DNA of 64,000 nucleotides from Candidatus Pacearchaeota archaeon. GTDB lineage: Archaea > Nanobdellota > Nanobdellia > Pacearchaeales > GW2011-AR1. The stretch lies in NCBI GenBank assembly GCA_017608405.1, contig JAFCFX010000001.1, positions 7,667 through 71,666 on the forward strand, written 5' to 3'. A model generated the notes under the pieces. The model was not told the origin of the DNA and ran no database searches. It saw only the letters and a list, made by a program, of their open reading frames with translations. The translations under genes were made by a program, and so were the position numbers. This document shows, in pieces, positions 1 to 9,300 of this stretch (positions are counted from its first letter, which is position 1; each line of letters begins with the position of its first letter).

Positions 1-358
1 CTTTTCTTACTGCTCTAGAAACTTTTCTTCTTGTTATAAGGAAGGGTTTTATTCTTAATTGTGAATCTTTTGATTTTGTTGAAAAAGAATCTTCAACATA
101 ATTTGTTCCTTTTCTTATCATTCTTCTCAAATAATATGCCATTAATTTTAATTCTCTTGGAATGCTTGTCGCTTTGTCGTCTTTAACTTTTACTATTAAT
201 TGAATTAGCATCCCTTTACCTCTTAAAGATCTTGTTAAGTCATATTTGATTAATTTTGATTCTAGTTCTTTGATTTCATATGCTTGTAGTTGTGTTTGTC
301 TTCTGATTAGTGGCATTTCCACATCAAAAAATCTTTTTTTTCTTTTTGCCAACGCCAT
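1..358 (-). CDS. rps3ae: 30S ribosomal protein S3Ae (eS1), 3' end outside window
   Basis: Manual translation from ATG at 358: MALAKRKKRFFDVEMPLIRRQTQLQAYE...YDLTRSLRGKG...YYLRRMIRKGTNYVEDSF...RIKPFLITRRKVSRAVRK; directly follows rpl44e. Confidence 0.85.
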   Translation of the reverse strand, partial: MALAKRKKRFFDVEMPLIRRQTQLQAYEIKELESKLIKYDLTRSLRGKGMLIQLIVKVKDDKATSIPRELKLMAYYLRRMIRKGTNYVEDSFSTKSKDSQLRIKPFLITRRKVSRAVRK

Positions 359-360
359 TT

Positions 361-678
361 TTATTCTTGTAAGACTTTGCTTGCTCGTTTATTTCTTCTT
401 GAACTCCTGTATTTTGATTTTTTACATTCATTGCAAGTATACATTATGTTTGTCTTTTTTGTTGTTTTAGTTTTTCTTTTAAATTTAGATACAGCAGGTT
501 TAGATCCCCATTTCCCTTTGTTTCCTATTCCTGTTCCAAGTCCACGCTTTTTAGCTCTTGAAATACTCCCTCTTGTCAAGGTTCCTCTTTTTCCTCCTGT
601 TGATACTACTTTGATTTTTTGTTGTGTTTTTTTCTTACAATATGGACAATAACGCTTTGTTGTTTTAGGTATTTTCAT
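361..678 (-). CDS. rpl44e: 50S ribosomal protein L44e (eL42)
   Basis: MKIPK..RYCPYCKK...KTTKK...YTCNECKK zinc-binding pattern. Confidence 0.93.
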   Translation of the reverse strand: MKIPKTTKRYCPYCKKKTQQKIKVVSTGGKRGTLTRGSISRAKKRGLGTGIGNKGKWGSKPAVSKFKRKTKTTKKTNIMYTCNECKKSKYRSSRRNKRASKVLQE

Positions 679-720
679 GGTAGAAACAGATTTTTTTGGT
701 TTTTAAAGCTTTTTAGGTGC

Positions 721-739
721 ATGGTCCTGCCAAGAATCG
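721..739 (-). repeat. 19-bp direct repeat of tRNA-Val 3' end (nt 56-73 + T)
   Basis: atggtcctgccaagaatcg at 721-739 is identical to 807-825. Confidence 0.95.
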
Positions 740-806
740 GGCTCTGAATAAATTCAGGCCTAGCACTCAAATAAATTTAAGCACTAAACTAAAGTTCGAT
801 TTTTAT
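740..806 (-). ncRNA. Putative structured tRNA-trailer element (anti-T-loop segment + two hairpins + AGCC)
   Basis: Minus strand: AATCGAACTT (antisense of T-arm), GTTTAGTGCTTAAA-TTTA-TTTGAGTGCTAGGC, CTGAA-TTTA-TTCAG, AGCC; same layout at 20065-20128. Confidence 0.6.
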
Positions 807-807
807 A

Positions 808-919
808 TGGTCCTGCCAAGAATCGAACTTGGGTTTCATCGAATCTGAAGTTATACTCTAAAGTTTATGATACTCATAACCTAGTCAGCGATGTGTCTTA
901 GCCATTGGACTACAGGACC
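808..919 (-). tRNA. tRNA-Val(GAC) with 37/38 intron (844-882)
   Basis: Acceptor GGTCCTG/CAGGACC, A73, anticodon stem CATCG/CGATG, T-arm CCAAG-TTCGATT-CTTGG; canonical BHB (CTGA/TCAG helix, bulges CTA and ATT, GGTTAT/ATAACT helix). Confidence 0.88.
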
Positions 920-980
920 TTTAAAACAATTCTTAGACATCTCCCGAAATATTTAAATATAATGTTTTGTATGGTTTGTT

Positions 981-1175
981 ATGAGAAGAGGAAATACACT
1001 TTGGTTCATAATCTACCTTGTTTTTGGAGTATATTTTATTAATTCTGCTTTGAATTTTTTCCCTATGTCAGAATCTTTTTTGATAGTAGATAAGTGGATA
1101 AGTTTGATTGGGGGGGTTTTAATTCTTGTTGGGGCATTTAATCTTTTAAGGTTAGGCAGAAGATATAGATATTAG
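981..1175 (+). CDS. Small membrane protein (2 TM)
   Basis: 64 aa with two hydrophobic segments; TTTAAA box ~25 nt upstream. Confidence 0.7.
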   Translation: MRRGNTLWFIIYLVFGVYFINSALNFFPMSESFLIVDKWISLIGGVLILVGAFNLLRLGRRYRY

Positions 1176-1235
1176 ATCTTTATAAAAAACTTTATATATC
1201 CTTGTTATTTCTATATATTCATAAGATTTAACATA

Positions 1236-1278
1236 TGGTTAGTAAGAGGTTATATCATATTATAACTAATAATAACCA
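1236..1278. promoter_or_regulatory. Nested inverted repeats, candidate operator
   Basis: GTTATA-N6-TATAAC (1249-1266) within TGGTTA...TAACCA (1236-1278), upstream of the HTH gene. Confidence 0.35.
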
Positions 1279-1294
1279 ACATAAGAGGGGTCAT

Positions 1295-1486
1295 ATGGAA
1301 TCTCATAATAATAAAAAGAGAATATTGGATTTTTTAAAACAACAGAGAATAATTACTTCTTCAGAACTTGCTGAAAATTTAAAGGTTTCTTGGAATACTG
1401 CAGATAAATATCTTTTAGAATTGACTTTAGATGGAAAGATTGAAAGAATTAAAAAAACCGGGGTAAACTTATGGTTATTAAAATAA
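1295..1486 (+). CDS. Small winged-helix HTH regulator
   Basis: ILDFLKQQRIITSSELAENLKVSWNTADKYLLELTLDGKIERIK; ATG 1295 preceded by GAGGGG; overlaps next gene. Confidence 0.8.
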   Translation: MESHNNKKRILDFLKQQRIITSSELAENLKVSWNTADKYLLELTLDGKIERIKKTGVNLWLLK

Positions 1487-3303
1487 ATAAACAAGGACAG
1501 GTGACAGTCTTTATTATAATTGCAATTGTAATTGTTGCTGCAATTATTTTATTTTTCACACTTAGTAAACCAATAACTACTGATAAAATTCCTGCAAGCA
1601 TTGATCCTGTTTATACTACACTTTTGTCTTGTTTAGAAGAAGATACTTTGGTTGGAGTAAGTATCTTGCAAACTCAAGCAGGATATATTGATGTGCCTGA
1701 GTTTGAACCAGGTTCTTCATATATGCCTTTTTCATCTCAACTAGATTTTCTAGGAAATCCTGTGCCTTATTGGTATTATGTTTCAGGAAATAATATTCAG
1801 AAAGAACAAATTCCCTCTAAAGCAAATATGGAGCAGGAACTTGCTGATTTTGTCGAATCAGAAATAAATACCTGTATTTTTGATAAATATTATGAAGATG
1901 GTTTTGAAATAAGATTTGGAGAACCAGAAGCAAATGTAAAGATTAAGGATACTGAAATTGAGGTTGGATTGGATATGGATTTTAATGTCAATTTTGCAGA
2001 AGATAGTGCACGCGTTTCACAACACAATGTTGTAGTTGATTCAAGATTAGGTAAGCTTTATGATTCTGCTGTTGAAGTTTATGAAAAAGAACAGGAAGAA
2101 TTATTTTTAGAAGAATATGCTGTTGATACTTTGACACTCTATGCTCCTGTTGATGGTGTTGAGTTGAGTTGTTCTCCTGTGACCTGGGCAACAGAAGAAG
2201 TTTTTGATGAATTAGAAATAGCTATTGAGGCCAATACCCTTGCTTTAAAATCAAAAGGAAGTAATAAAGATTATTTTGTAGTTGATTTGGGGGTAGATGA
2301 AGATGTGAGGTTTATTAATTCAAGAAATTGGCCAAGAGGTTTTGAAGTTTCTCCTAGTGAAGGAAATATTTTGATTTCTTCTCCTGTGGGTAATCAAGCA
2401 GGATTGGGAATAATGGGCTTTTGTTATGTGCCATATCATTTTGTTTATAATGTGAGGTACCCTGTTCTAATTCAGATACAAGAGGGAGACGAGATTTTTC
2501 AATTTCCTGTTGCAATTGTTTTACAGGGTAATCAGCCAAGACAAGCTTTAGATGCGAGTGCTGTTGCTCTCGGAATCCCTGATTTATGTGAATATAAGAA
2601 CAATATTATGGAAATAGAAGTTTATGATACTAATGTCCGTCCTATTGATGCCCAAATTAGTTTTGAGTGTTCTGGAACAAAGTGTGATATTGGTGAAACA
2701 ACTTCTGGTTCTTTATCTGGAGAATTTCCACAGTGTGTTAATGGACAAGTTTTAGCAAGAGCAGAAGGATATGAAGATGGTAGAAAAGTGGTTTCTGAGA
2801 TAAATGGGGGAAGTGTAAGCTTGTTTTTAGAAAGGCTATATGATGTGGAGATTGAGTTAGAATTAGATGGAAGCGCTTATGGAAAAGACGCAATAATTAG
2901 TTTTATTTCTGAAGGCAAAGCAAGAACAATTGTTTATCCAGAGCAAACACAGGTTGAGTTGAGTGAAGGAGATTATGAAGTGCAGGTTCATATTTATGAT
3001 AGTTCTTCACTGAGAATTGATAAATCTGTTTCAAAGCAATGTGTTGAAGTTCCTAGGTCAGGACTTGGAGGCTTATTTGGATTAACAAAAGAAGAATGTT
3101 TTGAAGTAGAAATACCTGCCCAAGTTATTTCAAATGCATTAGCTGGAGGAGGAAAACAAGGTTATTACTTTGTGCAGTCTGAATTAAATTCAAGAGCAAT
3201 TGTAATTAATGCAGAAAGTTTGCCAGCTCCAAATTCTCTTGAACAATTGCAAGATAATTATTTATTATTTGAAGATAAATCTTTGGAGATTTCTTTTAAA
3301 TGA
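1471..3303 (+). CDS. Large type IV pilin-like protein with class III signal peptide
   Basis: N-terminus NKQG|QVTVFIIIAIVIVAAIILFF; acidic Cys-containing ectodomain. Confidence 0.75.
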   Translation: MVIKINKQGQVTVFIIIAIVIVAAIILFFTLSKPITTDKIPASIDPVYTTLLSCLEEDTLVGVSILQTQAGYIDVPEFEPGSSYMPFSSQLDFLGNPVPYWYYVSGNNIQKEQIPSKANMEQELADFVESEINTCIFDKYYEDGFEIRFGEPEANVKIKDTEIEVGLDMDFNVNFAEDSARVSQHNVVVDSRLGKLYDSAVEVYEKEQEELFLEEYAVDTLTLYAPVDGVELSCSPVTWATEEVFDELEIAIEANTLALKSKGSNKDYFVVDLGVDEDVRFINSRNWPRGFEVSPSEGNILISSPVGNQAGLGIMGFCYVPYHFVYNVRYPVLIQIQEGDEIFQFPVAIVLQGNQPRQALDASAVALGIPDLCEYKNNIMEIEVYDTNVRPIDAQISFECSGTKCDIGETTSGSLSGEFPQCVNGQVLARAEGYEDGRKVVSEINGGSVSLFLERLYDVEIELELDGSAYGKDAIISFISEGKARTIVYPEQTQVELSEGDYEVQVHIYDSSSLRIDKSVSKQCVEVPRSGLGGLFGLTKEECFEVEIPAQVISNALAGGGKQGYYFVQSELNSRAIVINAESLPAPNSLEQLQDNYLLFEDKSLEISFK

Positions 3304-6300
3304 AAATGAAAAAACAACTTATATTTGCAATGGTTTTGATAGTGGGGATTTTATTATTATCTTTTGTTTCTGCTTCAGCTTCACGTTCTATTTCTCAATA
3401 TATTTCTCCTGGCTTGTCTTCTGGTTTTTTTGGCCAAGCTTATGCTCCTATTGACAGGTCAATGTGTGAAGCAGGACAAGATTTTATTGTTCAAATTGCT
3501 CCGGGGGGGTGTACTCCTCCTGTGATTAGACAAGATTTATTAGAAGAACGAGATGTACCTATTACTTGTCAATTAGCTGCAACAAAAATTAATCCTTTGA
3601 TAGATGTTGAAGCAATTGATTATATTAGTTTTGGAACAAAATTTCCAAGAGGAGTTAAAGCAATGAATTTTTACCCTGCACAAGCTGCTTTAGGGGAAAT
3701 GAGAACTAGGTTAAATTCTCCTATTTTAAATAATATTGGTTATGTTGTGATAGTTTTAGAAAGACAACAAAATGCTTCTAAATTGCCTAATTGCGGACTT
3801 GATCCTATTACAAAAACAGAAGTATGCTGGGTTGAAGGCAATTTAACAGCAAATATTAGATATGATATTAAAAATGCTTTTGGTATTGGTCCAGTAAATT
3901 TCTATCTTCCTGAAATGAGTGATTCAGATTGGGAAGATCAGCATACGCAGTATAGTTTTTGGAATGGTAAAGGTTATTTAAGGGCAGAAGCAATTCAAGA
4001 GGATAGGGCTACAATTTCTCTTTATGATGGAGTTAGGGAAATTGATAGTGTTAGATTAGAAGAAGGACACACTTCTGAAAAAATCTATTTACCTGGATTT
4101 GATTGTTTGACTGCTTTAGAATTAGAATTAAAAGGTTTAGAAAATCCTGGAACAAGAGCTAGATTAGATATTAATGGCGAAGTTGTTGAGGTGGGAGATG
4201 GAGAGAGATTTTTAGAAAATAGGTGTAAGGTCACAGATCTTGAAGTCTTAGGACTTGTACAGACTGTTGAAGGCTATTGTGAAAGAGATAATGGCAAAAA
4301 AGAAGATTTTGTTTTTCCGATTAGTCCTAAAATTAAATTAAAAATTGGAAGTGGAGAGCCAAAAGAATACAGTGTTGGAGATTGGTTATATTCTTCAGGA
4401 GAGACTGCGGTTTATCTTGGTTATGCTGGGACTAGGGGCGACACAAGCAGAGAAGAAGATTTATATGTTTATCTTTTTTCAATACCAGAACATGAGAAAG
4501 AGGGTTTGGGTCATGATAAGTTAAAAGTTATTTCTGATGTTGTTTATAATATTGAATATAAAGATGTTACTGGTAATGCACTTACAAATTTTGTAGCTAA
4601 TATGGGTAAATTTTATATGGGAGTTACTCAACAATTTATGGCATATGTTACTAAAGGAGATAATTATGCTAGGATTGGTTATGGGCAAGATGAAAAGATT
4701 GGTGGGCAAGATGTGTTGGTTGTTGGTTTGGCTGGAGCAGAAGATAGAAGCTTTAATGAGCAGAATCTAGATTTTAGAGAATACTATACTAAAGCAATGC
4801 AAGATTATGATACTGTAATAAATAGTTTTGGAACAGAAGAATATTCTGAAGAAGAAATCGGTTTTGCAGAAAAAGCTTTGTTTGAGAAAATAGCATTTGC
4901 AAGTTCTACTCAGCAAAAAAGAGTAATGTTAGATTTTTGTGATGAATTTAATGAGCTATATCCTGATTCTAGATATGCAGAAAAAATAAAATCATATTGT
5001 GATAATGCTTTAAAGCTCGCAAGTCCTGAAGAACCAAGTGAAGATTTTTTAATTAATGGGAGAATGAAAACAATTTCTTTTGAAGGGATTTATGAACCTG
5101 ATGAAGAAGAATATAGTGCAGATATTAGAATTCAAGGTCCTAATGGGCAATCCCGGGTTTTTACATTTAGGCATAATGAACAAATTTATCTTGATTTATT
5201 TAGAGATAATGGAACACAGCATACAGGAGAGTTTATTCAGTTAATTGATTTAGATCTTGATTCAGCAGAGGTGCAGACGTCTTTTGTTTCTAATAAAAAT
5301 ACTGCTGGAAAGATTAGTGATTTTTTCTTTGCATCTAGTAAAAAAACATTAGAAAAAGGAGTTGTTCAGAGTATTGGGAGTGATTATGTTTTGACTCTGG
5401 AAAAAGTTAGGTTGAAAAAACAAGCATTTGTAAGGGTAAGGCCTGCAATTGATGATGCAGGCACAGAAGCTGATTTTAGATTTAAAATTGGAATAGAGAC
5501 TCGACTAATAAAATTATCTCCTGAAAAGACTAAAGAAAAAATAGAAAAAATAGAAAAAAGACTTGAAAAATGGGAGAAAATTTCTAGTACTCTTAACAAA
5601 GTTGTGAAGACTCTTAATACTGCTTGTTATGCAACTCAATTAGCTTTGACTTTAAAGAATCTTGTTACAGAAGGGATATTAAAGAGTGGAAAATCAATTG
5701 CAAGGCAAGAAGTTATGAGGTTAGAAGAGGGGTGGAATGATGAGTGTGGAAATTTAACAGGACCAGATAAACAATATAAAACAAACAGTGCCTGTTTACT
5801 CGGCGAGGCAAAAAAGATTAATGGTGATGTTGATGAACGTTTTGATGCTATGAAGAGTACTGAAGAGTATTTTAAGACAATGCAAGATGACCCTGAAATA
5901 AAAATAAAAGATTCTCTTTTTGGAGATACTGTTTATGATTCTGAAAAGCTTAAGAAAAAATTATTAGATAATAAATATGAAGAACAATTAACAGATGAAA
6001 TTAATTTTGATTCTGTTGAGATTAAGGGGGAGCAAATTCTTGTTTCAGATATTTTGAAAGGATTAAATTCTAGTTCAACTTCAATAGAGCAAATGAGGGA
6101 CATGAGGATGAATGCTGATCTTTTAGATTCAGATAGTGATGTTTTAAGAAGAATGAGTAAGGCACAATTAGAAAAAGATCTTGTAGAGATTTATCAAAAT
6201 ACTAATAAAGAAATAGAATATAAGAGTGTGCTTAATGATTTGCGTGGGAAAGAGGGGCTTAGTAATATTGATATTGCAGTGGCGAGAAGTGGAGATGTTG

Positions 6301-9300
6301 AAGAAATAATTTATGAGGGAGGAATTAAAGGTACAGGAGGTTTTGGAGATATGCCTGATGGTTCTCAAATAATGGGTCTTCAATTTGGAGGAACATGGTA
6401 TATTGTAGAGTTACAGACTATTAAAGTAAATGAATATTCTGTACTTAATGTTTACAGTTCTCAGACTGGGAAGAAAGAGGGAGATTCAGAGGATTTAGCT
6501 AAAGAGATGAATAAAAAATTTGCTTTTAGATCTTATGATTCATCTGCATATGAAAATCCTTATCTATCTTCTTCAGGAAAAACTTATCCTGTTGTAAGAT
6601 ATTTTGAAACAGAACCATATAAAGGATATCCTGCAATTGTTCCTTTTGATTTGAAAAAAGGATGGTATGCTCGTCTTACACAGACTATGCCTGTTTTTGG
6701 TAATCTTGCTCCTGTTGATGCATCTGGGAGGCCTACTAGTTTTTCTGTGTGTAATGTTTGGGAAGATGGGAAAGAAAATAATGGGAGGCCTGATGATAAA
6801 TGTACTTTGATTAATACAAATACAGGACAACCCTATGATCAAGTTTCTGGGCTTTCAAAAACCGAAGCAGAGAAATTGGTTCATGATGCTAGTGAAGCGA
6901 TTAAACAAGCTAGGAGCCAATACCCTGCAAAAGGTAGAATTGAAATTAATATTGGAGGAAGAGATAAATTTTATGTAAAAGTGGGTGAGCCTGCTGTTGA
7001 TGTTCCTGATTTGCAGTGTGAGGAGGTTATGTCTCCAAAAGAGTGTAATGTATTGTTTAATGTTTGTGATCCTGTTATTTGTCCTTCCAGTAGATGTAAT
7101 CTTGGAGGCAACTACCATGTTCAAGATGTTATTCAATCTGGAATAGTGGGTAGTGTTGCTTTATGTTTTCCTAATTGGGTTGTGCTTGGAGGAGATGTTT
7201 ATGTGCCTGTTTGTTTATCTGGAATTAATGCTGGAGTCAAAGCATGGATTACTGTTGAAAAATCACATAGAGATTGTTTGCAAGATAGTTTAGCAACAGG
7301 AGAAATGACTGGAATTTGTGATCAGGTTTATAGTATACACACATGTGAGTTTTTTTGGAAGCATGGAATTCCCTTAGCAAATTTGCTTATTCCTAAAGCT
7401 TTAGAATTAGCTACAGGACAAAAAGCTAAGGGAGGAGGAGAATATATGGGGATTTCACATGCTTGGGAAAATGCAGGAAAGTCATTTGATTATTTTACAC
7501 AATATTATGCTAAAAACTCATTTAAAGCATTTAAAGAAAGATCAACAGAAGAAGTGGGAGGAGAGTTTTGTAAGGTTGCTGTTTCAGGTGTTTATCCTTT
7601 TATGGGGGGAGATGCGTTTGATGCTTTGACAGATCCTAATACACCTTATATTTCTTATGCACGATTTGAAGAGATACCCCACACAACAGCCACAGTTCCT
7701 GCAATGTCCCAGTATAAAGTGTTTTATCATATTTATGCAGGTGAAAATTCTAGAGCTTATTATAAGGTTTATTTAAAGGGGGGAGCTGAAACCTCATTTT
7801 ATGAAGATTTAGGCATGGTTGTTGTTGCTGAAGGATATATTGATAAGGGAGATTATGCTACAGGTAGTCGTGATATTCTAGGGATTTCTGGGTATAAACA
7901 ATTATGTACCATGGTAAATGGAGATGAAAAATGTGGGTTTAAACAGGTTTCAACAGATTTTGCAGTTAATTATGTAACAGAATTATATATGAAAGAACAA
8001 ACAAGTAAAACAGATATTAAATCAGCAAAAGAATGTTATGCAGGAACTCCGAGTGCATATAGTTTAGCAAATCCTCTTAATTTGGCAGGTTTTGGAGGCC
8101 AAACAGTGGAGAATGTAAATGAAATAACAAATCCTGCAATTTATGATAGAGGGGTTATTAGGATTTGTTCTTCTGGAAATCCAGGAAAAGGAGATGACAT
8201 TTTTTGGAATGATCCAAATCAATCTAGATGGAAACCAGTTGGGGTTTGTGATGAGACTATGGATTGTTGGTTAGATACAGAAAGTGTTGAAAGAGTAATA
8301 AAAGCTACAGATTTAAAAGAAGATGTTTTGAAAAATCAAAATGAAAATTATCAACAGATTTTAGAAAATAGTGGTAATTATTTGAGTGAAACTGAATTTC
8401 AAGAAAAAATTAGTGAGATTAAAAAACAAGAAGATCCAAGCAATCAATTAAGCATGATAACACAAATTTTTGACAATGTTTTTAAGAATAATGATAAAGC
8501 TTATTTATATTATTTAAGGGGTGTTGCTTATGCTGCTTTGGCTCTTCAAAAATATGTAGTGAGTGTTCCTGAAAAAATTTTAGGAAAAGATAATGCTACA
8601 ACAGATTATTTAGAAGAAGTAAAAGTAATAGGAGAAAGAAATCCAAAATATCCTCTCTTTGAATTTCAAGATGGTAGAACAAAAGAGAATTTTTATTTTC
8701 AATATTCTGGAAGTGAATGGTGGTGGTCTCGTGTTAGAGACCATGAAGAATCTTGGTTTCCTGTGACTCTTGTCGAAGACCCTGGATTTACAGCTTTTTT
8801 AGATGAGAGGGGGATAAAATTACCTCCTAATCATGATCGAGAACAAATAGCAAAATTACAAGGTAAAGATTATGTTGGGGGGTTAAAAGAGTTGATTGCA
8901 CGGACAATTAGAAATGATGAACCAAAAGGGGTAATAGATTATGTTAATGTAGTTGGTATTGGGGGAGGAGCAACACTAGATACAGAAACTGTGAAGATGT
9001 CTTCTACTAAAATGTTTTATCTTGAGCAAGAAGAGATGCAAACCCCAACTGGTAAATATAAAGAGGTTTTAATTGATATTGTTGATTCAAGGTGGGCCTG
9101 GTCATTTGATATGGAAAATTGGGACTGGTCTTCTCCAACAGATACAAATAAAGTAAGTTCTGATATTATCTTATTATTTGAAATTTTAGAAAGAGATAAT
9201 CCTGTTTTTCTTGATGGTGCTAATCTTATATTTAGTATTGATGCTGAAACTCCTGTTATGGGGGAAGTGGAGGTTATTGGTAATGGGCAAGATATAACAG

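Noticed and set aside
740-806. Box C/D or H/ACA guide RNA for T-loop modification
   Set aside because: No RUGAUGA box C, CUGA is not positioned consistently relative to the antisense segment in the two copies, and pairing is contiguous rather than a bipartite pocket.
844-850. CTTCAGA in the tRNA-Val intron looks like a UCA (UGA-suppressor) anticodon loop that could read the fabH TGA
   Set aside because: TCAG is simply the BHB helix partner of CTGA; canonical cleavage removes it and yields anticodon GAC.
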